Source: Phallusia mammillata (Eukaryota). From it: a stretch of DNA of 64,000 bases. Position 1 is the stretch's first letter. Each line of letters begins with the position of its first letter. The position numbers and the translations under genes are program-made. The stretch is taken from contig OZ281497.1 of assembly GCA_965637545.1 (NCBI GenBank), forward strand, positions 24,118,001-24,182,000, given 5' to 3'. Under the pieces are notes generated by a model. It made no database searches. It was not told the DNA's origin and saw only the letters and a list, made by a program, of their open reading frames with translations. Shown here piece by piece: positions 46,440 through 59,682 of the stretch.

Positions 46440-49400
46440 GCATAGGTCATACTGAAGATGCTTGCCGTAAGAAGAAGTCCGATGTGGTCAATTCGATGAC
46501 GAATGTTCATTTTCTGAAGTCAATTTCCACTCATTCCCCACTACACAAGTTGGAGATTGTGGTGTCACTTTTTGGCAAATTTTGCGAGTTTGAGCTGGAT
46601 ACAGCAACCAGTGGAAATTTCTTGTCTATCCACGATTGGAAGAGAATCGGGTCGCCTAAGCTTCGGGCTCCTGATCGACGTTTTAATTCTGCGACAAAGC
46701 ACCCAGTGCCTTTGTTGGGTATGTTTACGATGCCAACTACGTATGGTGGTCGAGTCTTTGATCAAGATTTCTTTGTCACGAAAGTTCCGCGCTTAAATTT
46801 GCTTGGTCGCAGTGCCATTTGTTCTTTGGAGATTACGGTTGACGACATACTGCATCATTCATCTCCCAAAGATTGCGTTAATTCCGTTGTTACGTCAGAC
46901 GACCAACGCTATCTGCCTTTACAAGATGCTTGCGGAAGTCTTTGCAACGAGTTTAAAGACATTTTCAAACCTGAACTTGGTTGCTTGAAAGGTTTAGAGC
47001 TTGAAGTGAAGTTTCAAGCAGAGGCTAAACCGGTTTTCTTTAAGCACCGTTCTGTGCCATTTGCGCTACAAGAAGATGTTGCCCGTGAATATGATGCAGG
47101 AATCGCGCGAGGAATCTGGACTCCAGTGAAGTTCAATGACTGGGGTACACCGGTGGTTCCCGTTCGAAAAGCACCGTTGTCAACTCACAACAGGCCACGA
47201 CTAAGACTTTGCGGGGATTATTCAGCCACGGTAAATCCCCAATTGGCACTCCATCGACATCCACTACCTCTTCCAGATACTTTGATGCAGAAGCTTCGAG
47301 GAGAATTTGGTTTCACGAAAATCGATCTTGCTGATGCGTACAACCAAATACATCTAGGTCCCGAAAGCCGGAAAAGGTTGGCTTTGAGCACTCACCGAGG
47401 TGTCTTGCTGCAAAATGTATTACCGTTTGGCATCACCTCGGCTCCGGGATACTTTCAACAGATTATGGACGAACTGACGCAAGATCTCCCAGGAGTGGCT
47501 GTATATCTCGATGATTTACTTGTCAGCGGTTCATCGGCAAAAGATCACTTAAACAATCTTCGTCGATTGCTTCAACGTTTAAGTGAGAAGGGGCTTCGCT
47601 GTCGTTTCGAGAAATGCAAATTTGCACAACCCACAGTTGAATACTTGGGTCATTTACTTCATAAAGACGGCATCAGGAAAGCTTCTAAACTCGATGGTGT
47701 GCTCAATATGCCTGCACCGAAAGACGTATCGGCGCTACGTTCGTTCCTTGGGTCGGTTCAATTTTATAGCAAATTTTTGCCACCAAGTTTTTCTTCCATT
47801 GCTGAACCTCTGTATCGTCTGACTCGAGACAAAGTTCTTTGGAGTTGGAATAACGAACAATCAAAAGCTTTCCGCCAATTGAAGACATGGCTGTCTTTTG
47901 ACAATGTCTTAACTTACTTTGATCCTTCTCTTCCTATTGGGATATCTTGTGATGCGTCCAGTGTTGGCATTGGTGCCGTACTTTTTCATCGCTATTCGGA
48001 CGGAAGCGAGAGGCCAATTGCCAATGTCTCAAAGCTACTCTCCTCCAGTCAGCGCAACTACAGCCAAATCCAAAAAGAGGGTCTTTCAATTATCTTTGCA
48101 CTGAAGAAGTTTTACCAGTATCTTTTTGGTCGTGAATTCATTCTTGTCATCGACCACAAGCCATTGTTGGCACTTTTTGGTCCTACCAAGCCAACACCTC
48201 CACTTGCGGCAAATCGGTTAGCACGATGGGCGCTTTTCCTTGGTCAGTTTAAATACAAAATCGAGTACAGGAAGACCGCCAGTCACCAGAACGCCTATGC
48301 ACTCAGCCGTTTACCACAAGGGGAAGATGCCTATTTTGACAAAGAGGAAACTACAGATGATGTCGACACTGTTTGCACCATCACCACGCTAAGTCGTCAA
48401 GTCCAGCCCACAGACCCCAACACCATGAAGAAGGAATCCGGAAAAGATGATGTTCTTTCCCGAGTCATGCGTTTTGTCCAACACGGTTGGCCAACAACTC
48501 TTTCCTCGAATGATCCAGCTGCAAAGTTTCGCAGGTCTGCTGATTTATTGACAGTTTCTCACGGTTGTCTTTTCTATGGAACTCGATTGGTTATTCCGCA
48601 AAAGCTACGACAACACGTGCTGCAACTGCTACACCAAGGTCACTTTGGCATTCAAAGGATGAAGCAGTTGGCTAGGTCTGCAGTGTACTGGCCGAACCTT
48701 GATGACGATATTCTAATTCTTTGCTGAAAATGTTCTATATGCGGAGAACAGCAAAACCTTCCCACTACACCTTCTGTCCATCCATGGATGATTCCTGAAA
48801 AAACATGGAGTCGTGTTCACATCGACCATGCTGTAAACTTCTTGGGAAGCAATTGGTTGCTCATGATCGACGCCTATTCTAGTGCCCATGCATTCATGCT
48901 ACTTCATTGATGACGTCCAAGGCGACCATGAACTTGCTCGAAGAAGACTTCGCACATTTTGGTTATCCACACACTATTGTCTCGGATAACGCGCAAGCTT
49001 TCGTTTCTGCCGAGTTCCAGGATTTCTGCCGGCAGAGGGGTATTGTTCATCTTACGGGTGCGCCTTATCACCCGTCTACAAATGGCTCCGCCGAACGGCT
49101 AGTTCAAACGTTCAAGAAGGCAATGAAGAAGTCGGAGAAACCCCCGAAAGAAGCTTTACAGGAGTTTCTTCTTCAGTATCGAAGAACCCCAAATTCTAGC
49201 GGTTTCTCCCCGAGCGAGCTGCTCAACGCTCGACAAATTCGATCGCTCATTGACACGATGGTACCATCACCTACACATGTCTTACAACGCCAGCAACAAA
49301 ATGCCGTGTCGAAGAACAACAAACTAGTGCGTATCAGTTTCCGAAATGGTGATCCATGTTACGCGCAATATTTTGGATCTAGACACGATGGTTCGAAAAG

Positions 49401-51854
49401 ATGGGTTCCTGCCACTATCGTTAAATGCTGTGGGAGTAGAACATTTAACGTGAGAGTATTTCCTCGTGGTCCAATCTGGAGACGTCACCTTGACCAACTT
49501 CGCCCCAGATACCCTAATGAAGACGATGACCCGGGTGAGCCTGAACTCTCATTTCCGTCAGAGCATATTCCGCTGGTCCCGTACACTGATATACCAGCAT
49601 CATCCTCATCTACTCCTCCCGATTCCCCGAGGTTTGGTCCTGACAATCCCCGTCGCTCGAAGAGACAACGTCTACAGCCGAGGAGGTTCGGCTACGATGT
49701 TCAGGGTGAACAATAATTTAAAAGGGGAGGTGTTGTGGAACGCAACCGCGCTATTCCCGAGCACGCGGCTCGAGGCATTCTTGTGTTATTTTAATTGCTA
49801 TGCGTTGTGTGTGTGTACGCGCTTGATTTGTGCCTACTGCAGGAATGTAATTGGTGCGTTTGCAATTACTTCGTGAGCCTATAAAAGGCTGTTCACTTAC
49901 TACGTTACTATTCTATTTTACTGATTTCGAATGAATACAACCTAAGTTACAACAAGCAAACTGTGCTTATTTGGACTCTGTAAAGAAGCAAGGCGCAAAC
50001 GTGATTGAAAACACAACAACTATCGCAACAACTAAAAGTTTATTGTGAAATTTGTAAACATAACTACTAAAACATTGCCATGTACCAAACAGTGGCATCT
50101 ATATGACAGATTTATCAATGCAACTTGTATGTAAGTTTTGGTTGAATAACTTAACACAATGCATTTTTCAGCAGCAAATATTGCTACTGTTCAATCAAAT
50201 CTGAAAATAAAACCATTTCTACTCCAGACAACAGTATATACTCCATACCTTGTTGTATAAACCATCTTCAGGGCCAGGCTTACTTTTATGATACTTTGCT
50301 TCCATACACAAATTACATGCATCTTCTTTCACAGCTGAAACGCACAAGAAAAAGCCGTACAACACAAAACTCAGTACAGGTACAGTCATAATTGCAATAG
50401 CATTATTTTGTTTGAAAATACAACGCTTATGATCTGTAAAGAATGCAAATATTTTAAGGCGTTATCGAAACGATAATTCTCACACATTTTACTTTCTGAA
50501 TATTAACTGTTCTGTTAATTGCTAGCATATTCTGTTCCATGCAGACGCTTTTACAAACGCTGTGAAAGTACACACACCAGTTTACAAAATCAAAAGTCTT
50601 TGTAACTGATGTACTACAATAGGCTATTATTTGTTACATTGAATTTTATTGCACTGCAAAGCGTTTTTGCGTTTTTAAACAATTTGAGGTTGGGCTGCTT
50701 GTTAAAATGTTTGCGTGAAATCTTTTCAAACACACTTTTCACGACACAATGTGATAAACCATCATGGCTTTATTGCAGTAAATTTCCAAATTGTTTGAAC
50801 AAAGAGCATGTGAATACAAGTGTTTGTTTGAATTTATTTGATCTTTACCGCTTGAGTTTGTCCTCTGTCGAGCTGTCGTCTTCTGGGTAATCAGGTTTAA
50901 AATCACGCACCCCAAAGGGCAAGTCCAAAACCAGACCAGAACCCGAATTTTGTTTGGAATAAAGCTCGAAATAAAACCGAAAATATTTTTTGTCTGGGAC
51001 ATCAATGTAGCATAGTGTAAAGTCTGGACCGAATCAAGTGCATTATATTTAAACCAAATCTCCCGGATTTATAGCTTTCCTGACCACTCGACCATGTTTG
51101 CAAAATTGTGAAAGTCTGGATCACACAGGGTAAAGTATTCCGGTCTCAAATCAAAAGCAAACATTTTCTCAACAAACAGCACAGTCAAATAATGCACACC
51201 GTCTAGCCGCTTGTCATATGGGTTCAGGTTCGATTCGCGTTCATTTTTTATTTGTTTTTAGGGGTTTGGCCTCGGCTCAGGTTACAATGTATTTTTAGGG
51301 TTCGGGTTTAGATCCGGTTTGCGCAATTTACCCGGTTCCGACAGGTTTGCGATTTTAAACTGATTTTTTATTGAATCACCTTTCCGACAATTTCAATTTT
51401 ACCTATTATCTGAAGAGTCTAATGAAACATTAAAAATATCTAATTCAACTCTGGATCGGTTGTGTAATTTACGGTTCGGATAATATAATTTACGGTTCGG
51501 GTTCGGGTTCGGGTTCGGGCATTGTTGGTCAAAAGGATACATTACCATTTGATCTTACGAAACACTTCAGCTTACTATGTATTACACAATCCTCAGTGTG
51601 TTACAGATTAACCAACCAGTGTACGTCAGTCATACCATGGCATGTCTCGGCCAGCACGCAGGTAGCATGCATTGTTTACATGGCAAACACAATGCACAAC
51701 GCGTACCCCGTTGCTCACCCCTCTTGCAGGAATGTATCGAATGGGAGTACATTGATTGTGATTGTGTATGGCAAAGGCGATATTTTTTCGATATTTTATC
51801 AATGCTGTGTTTGTAGTTTTGCAGAAATTTGATAAGGTTTTGTAATAACTAATT

Positions 51855-54800
51855 ATGTCTACTCGGGTGTTATTATGTTTGGTTCTGTTTGCTTCCGTGT
51901 TGTGCGTTTCCGCAGAACAAGAAGACGTTTGTAATTTGTGCATTGACGGGAAGTATCACAAAAGCGAGCCAGGACCAGAAGATAATTTATACAGCAAGGT
52001 ATATAGAGTATAATGTGGTTTAAAAAATAGTCCTTTAATAGGATTAGTTAAAGAAAATGATAAATATGAATACACGTGTATACTTTTCCTGATCTGTGCT
52101 GAATGATTTTACGCTGTAACGTTTATACCTATCACACATGCTTCATCCTACATTTGCACTTTTAGCTTCCACCCGTTTTCACTTAACATTTTCACTGAGT
52201 GTGTTCCCTTAAAGCGTACTTTGTACTCACATTTCCGTATTGTACGCGCTATGCACTAATTTCCCACGTTGATGTCCACAAGCATTCCTGCCTCTGATTA
52301 CACCACGCGAAAACCAGTGCTGATAATTGAGTGCTCTGTTATTTGTTTTCGGTATAACAGTCAAGACAAGAGTTTCTTGTCCAGTGGTTTCAGGGTCTGC
52401 CAGCAACTGCGTGTGTTTGAGGGATTTAGTTCTATTGTACAGTTTTGCCTTGAGTTAAATGTGATGTGTATATGCCACTGAAAATAGAGAATTTTATCTT
52501 GCTTTTTAAATGGACACAGGCAATGCTTGAGCGTGTCTTAACTGGCTGTCCATTGCTAGTCGTTGGTAGAATATTAAAAGCATTTGAAACCATTCATTAG
52601 GGCGCTGTATATGTTAATTCTTGCCAGATTGTCAGCATCATGAAAGCTTCAGTATTAACATTTTATATTCGTGTAATGTTGGTAGTGCTCTCCGTGGAAG
52701 TCTCGTTCATGTTGCACCAACCAAACAGCTTACTGGGCGCATCAGGGTGGGCCAGGCGCTCTGTACGACTTCACATACAATCATTGTCCTAACAACCCAA
52801 TGTCTGCGAAGTGCCGGGATCGATTTCAAGAGAATAGCTGCTTCTATGAATGTTCACCAAATATTGGGCCTTGGATGGTTAAAGTGAGTACATACTACAA
52901 ACATTACATGCTATTTCGATCTATGATTTTATTAGTGTAACTAACTTTCCTTACCATTTGTGTGGTGGTATGCCTTTAAACGGCAAAATTCCTGTCCTAG
53001 ATTTTCAAAGTTGGTTAATTTCCCCCAAAAAATGAAAAAAATAACGGCCCAAATAGAGGTAATACGCAATATGCTTTATTGCTCAAATGTTTCGAAAAAT
53101 GCTCGTAAGATCATCAGTAATATGATGGGCCACATCAGCATTTGCCGAAACGTTTGAACACTAAAGGATGTCGCTTTTTGCGTGTGTTTAGGCCGTTATT
53201 TTTATCATTAAACTTATGAACAGATCTGCGTATAGTGTTCCAAATAACACTTAAATGAGGTAATAATTTTCTAAAAATTTTGCACTGAAGAAACTTTGGG
53301 CGTTAATTTATCTTCAATATCAGTCACTAATATGAAAGGTAACATTTAACTTCAACTTTTCTTAAAGAAAAAATAAGAGAACCCAAAATCGCAAAATATC
53401 TGTTTTACATCGTTGTCAAAATTTTCAATTTTCAATTCATCAATTTACATAAAAGTTTCAAAATTGTGTTTTGGCGACTTTCTATAAACACTTAAAACTA
53501 CTTTGTTTACCCTCCTGTGACAGTTGAAAGATTAAAGCCATTGACTCACTTCAAAACAGGGAAACATCGAACGGATCAGCCTTAAAGTGTCGTTTGTTTG
53601 ATTGTGCCATATAAACATACTGAATTTTAACTTCCAAAAAATGAATGTAATGGCTAACTTGCGTTTTTTGTTAGGAACCAAACTCGCACCGTTCGGAAAG
53701 ATTTCGGGATGTGCCATTGTCACCTGCAGTCTGTAATGCTTGGTTTAATGACTGCAAGGATGATTACACATGTAAAGACAATTGGGCTGTGGGATGGGAC
53801 TGGTCTTCAGGTATTTTAGCTGTTTCGTTGTTTGTTCTGCAACCTATTGACATTTCATAGCATGTGTTCTTAACAACTAAAGGAAGGTCCATGAGAAAAA
53901 AGTCTATTTTTATTTTGCTTTTGGACAAACTTATTGTTAGCAGTAGGTTGAATCACAAGAAGCTTTTCCAAAATATGCCAGCCGACACAATCCATATTTA
54001 AAAACATGTAAGGCTTAGGTCGGTATTCGAACCAGCAACCCTTTAGTGCAAGTGTTGCAATAAAATCACCAACTGAAATCAACTTTAATGTGCGCAATAT
54101 GGGTAGAATTTTGGCACCAAAAGGTATAAAGTAAGATTTTCATATTGTCAGGTACATCTGAATTTTAGGACTAAAACACAATGGAGAAATGGTAAATGTT
54201 AATATACTTAAAACACGATTTAAGCACCACAACACACTAATCGTTGTGTCATCTAATCAAGCCAATATCAATAGGCAAATAACGAATTAATAATTTTGTG
54301 TGTGTGTATGTGTGTTTTAGGAACGAACGTTTGTCCAGCAGACAAACCATGCAAGAAGTTTTCTGAAATTTTCACCTCGGCAACCGAAATGTGTGAAACA
54401 ATTTATCCTGACGATTTTAAAGTAACAACCAATGGTCCCACGATGGTTTTATGGTTTCTAGGAGACACGAATCCTAATGATGCGGTAAGTAACTGCTGAG
54501 ACTTCCATTTTGGATTTTTTTTATTGTAAGGTTTTTTATGTGTGAAGTCTTCCACAGTATTTAAAGATATAGATATTTTATTCAGGCTCTGCGTTTCTTT
54601 GTTATTTTTTATTGCTAAAGACTTACTAAATTTACAGTCTTTTATTATAAGCGACTGTTGTCTGTATCGCCCATACTGTCGGTATGAATATCTATGTTTC
54701 TGCGTTTTTTTAATCTTTTGATATTGTTCTTTCTTCAAAAATGCTCAAAACATTGGGAAGTGCCATATCAGGTTTTCATAGTGACCAGTATGATCCAATG

Positions 54801-55060
54801 CGTTCTACATTTATTGTCAAATTGCTGTTTTATTTCTAAAAATATATTGCTGTTCTTTCAGATAGTACACAAACTCAAACTCTATATTAAAACTTTAACC
54901 ATAGATCTATTAAACTTCTCACATACCTGTTTTGTCTCGTTAGGTGGCAGCATACTACGCTACAGAAATGAACTTGCGTTGTGGAGCTGGAAAACTCATC
55001 GACAATATCGTACTTACGACACTGATGGCTATAATCTCCCTTGCATTCTTTCAATACTAA
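51855..55060 (+). CDS. folate-receptor/riboflavin-binding-protein family GPI-anchored protein, 252 aa, intact
   Basis: Exons 51855-51998, 52686-52883 (CSPWKSRSCC..CFYECSPNIGPW), 53675-53810 (VPLS..NWAVGWDWSSG), 54321-54484 (WF..NPND) and 54944-55060 (VAAYYA..hydrophobic tail). All are GT-AG and the frame is open; AATAAA at ~55220. Confidence 0.93.
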
Positions 55061-56096
55061 CTACTTATAAAGCATTTTGGAAAATGTTTGTTAAGTGAAG
55101 CATTTACTGTAGCATAAGTAGGATAAGTATTAAAAGACATAGTTGTATTTTATGCTTCTTATTATATTATTTTGATGTTGAATAATTGACATTGAAGACA
55201 TTGAAGCGCTGCGATGTGGAATAAATTTCAAATGTCAAAAATAATTGCCTATTGTCAACTTTACAGCCTAATATTTGCTATGGCTTGCGATTTTGTGTTC
55301 CTAAATGACCTATTGTGGATATAAAAGAAAAAGTGGTTCAAATCGAAACTAATGTGTATTATATATTTAAAACGTGATCCAATGGCTTAAGCGAACAGGA
55401 ACAAAATCACCTTGTAGTAGTTGATTTGAGTTTATTTTGCTTGGCTGAAAGAACGCATAGCGACAGAATAGCACTAAAACAATCCCTAAGCATGAAATAG
55501 CTGCCAACGTTAAAAAGATACGGAGCGCAAAACAGTGTAGGGCACAATTGGTGACTAAACGCGCTGCAGCCATATCATATAGTAGTTACATTTTGGGGAT
55601 GCATAATCATCATTTTGAATTTTACTTATCGCAAAATTACCGACGTGCAATATTTTAATTTATATTTCTCAACCGAAAACACAATTGTTTCTAATAAAGT
55701 GTAATCAACACCTGTATACGACCGTTACAGTTCAAAAACAAACAAACTAGAAAGCCATCTGAATTGGCATACACCATTACAATCCATTTAATCATACAGA
55801 TCAGGTACGTCAATGCACAAAGGATTAACATCGTTATATGGTGTGTGCATTTTATTTACCATGTAAGCAACGCATGGCTCACATGGTGGGGTCCGGACAT
55901 ACAACTGCAAAGAAACCAGAGTTAAAGTATCCATCATCGCAGACCGGCAAAATTCATTTATATTATGGTAATCAAATAACAGTGCATAACATACAGATGG
56001 TTTCCTTTGTGGAGTATGGTCGCGATTTTTAATATTGCTGACATTAGAGCAGTGGATAAATCGAGCAATTATTATTCAACAAGAGTTTTCATGCAA

Positions 56097-57541
56097 TTAA
56101 TACTGGAAAAGTGCAATGGAAATTATGGCCATCAGTGTCGTAAGTACAATATTGTCGATGAGTTTTCCAGCTCCACAACGCAAGTTCATCTCCTTGGCGT
56201 AATGTGTTGCCACCTAACGACAAAACGACAGACGTTGTTTTAAAGTGCAAATATTTTAAATTCTATCCAGTTTAATATTGAGTTTATGTTTGTGTGCTTA
56301 TCTAAAGCGCTGGTAAAGAACAATATTGGAATGTTTAAACTGTAAGCTTAGAGGCTCCAACCAAGTAAAAACTTGCAACTCTTGATTGCGGAATTTGTTT
56401 AAAAAAAACAGTAACCATGTGTGGCAAATAATATAATCACAATAGAGATACCCAATAATTTGAGAAATAAATCCATCTTAAAAACGGTTAAAGAAGTACA
56501 CTTATTAAATTTTACAGTCAAAACAATACAACAGAAAGGACGTTTTGGCAGTTACATACCTCATCATTAGGATTATTTTCGCCTGTAAACCACAAAACCA
56601 TTGCGGGATCACCATTTGTCACCACTTTAAAATCGTCAGGATAAACAGTTTCACACATTTCGATTGCTGAAGCGAAAATTTCCGTAAACTTCTTGCATGG
56701 TTTGTCTGCTGGGCAAACATTTGTCCCTGAAAATACAAAAGTAAAAATACATCAATTCCTAATTTGTTTATTGATATTGGCTTGATTAGATGACCCAGTG
56801 ATTAGTGTGTAGTGGTGCTTCAAAGTGTTTTCAACGGTACAGTAAATCAATATTAGCATTTTTGTAATTTAGGCTTACATGACGAATGCAGTAGTGCATG
56901 GCATTGCAGGAATCTTACTTTCTACTTTTGTTGCTAAAATCCTACCATTATTCCCCACATTAAAATTCCTTTCAGTTAGTTTTTATTACAACACGGGTTA
57001 CTGATTCAAAACGTTGGAATATTTTGTGTGTTGTAATGCTGAAGTATGGTGTAAGTTGTAATGCTGGAATATTGAATGTGTGTAAATTGGTACATTCTGG
57101 TTAGCGGACTTAAATAAAACCATGAGTTATTTAACTTAATTTAGTAATTGACTACAAAAAATTCTTGTCTAAAAATACAAATTAACCTTCTTTTCCTAAA
57201 TGAGGACAGAATATGTTATAAATATTTATTGTTTTGTGGATCAATTAAGCTACAACACCTGTAGTCCAGTCCCATCCCACAGCCCAGTTTTGTAGGCATG
57301 TATAGTCGTCCTTACAGTCGTTAAACCAAGCTTCACAGGCATCAAGTGACAATGGAACGTTACGAAACCGTTCATTTCGGTGCGAGGCTGAGTCCTGGTA
57401 TAACAAACCTCTTTAAAGTTTATGGCACCATTAAACAAACGACTTTGCAAAAAAACGCATCAGTGGATACTCACTTTTTCCATCCAAGGTCCCATATCTG
57501 GTGAACATTCATAGAAGCAGTTGGGACTTCCATGGGGAGCA
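56097..57541 (-). pseudogene. folate-receptor-family pseudogene
   Basis: Exon 2 is reduced to 67 nt (57475-57541, frameshifting internal deletion). Exons 57259-57394, 56560-56726 and 56097-56213 are intact. Exon 1 was not found. Confidence 0.87.
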
Positions 57542-59267
57542 CTACATAATTTATACAAAAAAGTCATGATATTAAAAATAACACATTTAATGGTGTTGAA
57601 TCATAAATCATATTCAAAGCATTGTTTCGATATATCAGTCTCCTAGGCATGCTAAAAAAAACAGAAACCCTCACCTAATATTTTGGGAAAACATCAGAGC
57701 ACATAATTCAAGTGACTGACACCAAAGTTTGTTAACATCCTAGTGGCTTTTTATGTTGCAATAAACATCATAACTATATAGCAAGAATACTCATGTGGTA
57801 TATTCGAGTCCACTATTGCGCAAGTACGAGTTGAGCACAAACTACCATTTTTGAGGGAAATATTCAGATGCGGTATGGAAGCAAAACAGATTGAAAATTA
57901 TAGTGAAAATGAAGGAAAACATTTGTATAATAAGCATGAGCGTATGAGGCACACATTTAAGTAAACGCAGCAAACAAGAGTTCAAAAATGATGGATAAAT
58001 GTGTATTTATGTTTATAATTATCCTTAACTGACAGTATTGGATATTGTGGTGGGGGGTTGAGGCTACCACAATTTGTTCATACCTTGCTGTATAAATTTG
58101 CTTCCGGTCCGGGTTCGCTTTTGTGATACTTCCCGTCAATGCACAAATTACAAACTTCTTCTTGCTTTGCGGAAACGCACAACAAAAATGCAAATAGTAC
58201 CAAACATACTAACACTCGAATACACATTACTTTATTTAACATTTATCTCAAATTCCTGTAAAACTACGAAAACAAAACATCGATTAGAAAACGTGCCAAG
58301 TTAAACGATAAAATGCATCCCCCAAGCCGAAAGTTTAATTTATATTCAATAGCATGTGAGAAAATTACAAGGGATTGCAGTTACTGCAAAGCTGCAAGGC
58401 TAATGACCTTCATCCGTGGCTTAAACGATTTATGACCTGCAGTCTGCATTCAATTTCAAAATGGTTAACAAATAACCCCGTGATTACCATGCACCTTGTT
58501 CAAACAATTTTTGGATGAAAAAAAAACAAAATACGGATTTGTGCCATAAAAAGAGTTTTTAACCCGTGACAATGACTTGACGCAAAAAAATTTAACAACA
58601 GCTAAGTTCAAATAGTTTTAACAACACTTAGCTCAAAAGTTACAAAGGCAATAAAATTCAATGTCAAAATAACGAGCGTTTGCCAACATTGTATCTAATT
58701 ATATGTGCAATGACTTGCGATTTGTGTTTCTAGAGGACCTAATACAGTGGATAAAAAAGAGATAGAAGCTTAAACTGAAAGTGCTGTGTATTATATTTTA
58801 AAGGCGGGATTGAAATGCCAAAACGCACATCAAAGAAGCAAAAGGACCCAACAAACCAACACTTGAATAAAAATAAATTTGTTTAATGTTTATTTTAATT
58901 CCTGCAAACTCTTCAATTACAATATAAATTAGAAGACGTGCTGAGGTAAAGTCGAACTAGCGATAAGTTAAAGTTTCGCCTCAAGTTCTAAAATGTGGTG
59001 TTAGACATCCTTTAATAAATTGATACACTTTTCCGCCTTTCATACATCTATTACGTTATAACTGTTGCTAAGAACCTATGCACCGTTGTGATTTATGTAA
59101 CAATAAAGGGATTTTTTAAAAAAGCAAATGTATAGCTGAGAAAAATGAATCGCAGTCGTTGCGAAAAAGAATTGACAACTCTGTTTTACGCTTTGCTTTT
59201 AACTTGTTTACGATTTTTCAACACAGTTTGATGTTTTCGGATACTGAAGATGCCTATTAACTTACTT

Positions 59268-59585
59268 CAGTGGTTCTCAAACTGTGGTACGCGTACCACT
59301 AGTGGTACGTCAGAACTTTTCAGGTGGTACGCGAGTAGATTTCTGTGATATACCGATTACAGAATTAGAACCTAATACCTAATTTAAGTCCGATATAAAA
59401 TTGCAACTCAACTGACTAAACTGATCAGCCCTGGTTTGGGCAAAACTAAATATGGTAACCAGGTTAAGAAAATGGGCCTATTTCTTGGTTTATCTATTCA
59501 AACAGGGTTTAGGACTTTAGGTGGTACGCAACAATAAAAAAAGTTGTCAGGTGATACGCGATTCCTAAAAGGTTGAGAACCACTG
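59268..59585. mobile_element. hAT-type MITE
   Basis: TIRs CAGTGGTTCTCAA / TTGAGAACCACTG and a perfect TSD ACTTACTT. Confidence 0.92.
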
Positions 59586-59682
59586 ACTTACTTGAACTAT
59601 AATTACAATATAAGCTTATCTATATGTAATTCCAGTAAAAACAATTCAACTATGATATGTCCGCTTAAATTGTACTTGTATT

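Larger units (their letters stand above)
44752..49716 (+). pseudogene. gag-pol: Gypsy gag-pol polyprotein, disrupted
   Basis: gag with two CCHC knuckles (the second split by a MITE), protease LDTATSGNF, RT YLDD, RNase H CDAS..DHKPL, integrase SDN..HPSTNGSAER. Frameshifts at ~45310 and ~48880; TGA at 48725. Confidence 0.92.
44395..50018 (+). mobile_element. full-length but disabled Ty3/Gypsy LTR retrotransposon
   Basis: 288-bp LTRs at 44395-44682 and 49731-50018 (2 differences), PBS TGGCGACGAG and PPT AAAGGGGAGG. Confidence 0.96.
40289..50389 (-). pseudogene. folate-receptor-family pseudogene with all five exons; intron 1 holds a Gypsy element
   Basis: Exons 50249-50389 (MTVPVLSFVLYGFFLCVSA..CNLCMEAKYHKSKPGPEDGLYNK), 42439-42636 (CSPWKARSCC..; in-frame TAA and TGA), 42018-42153, 41220-41380 (acceptor AG>TG) and 40289-40405. 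Confidence 0.88.

Noticed and set aside
46427-48727. 766-aa ORF as an independent intact pol gene
   Set aside because: Its start lies inside the MITE terminus. It is a fragment of a disrupted gag-pol and ends at a premature TGA.
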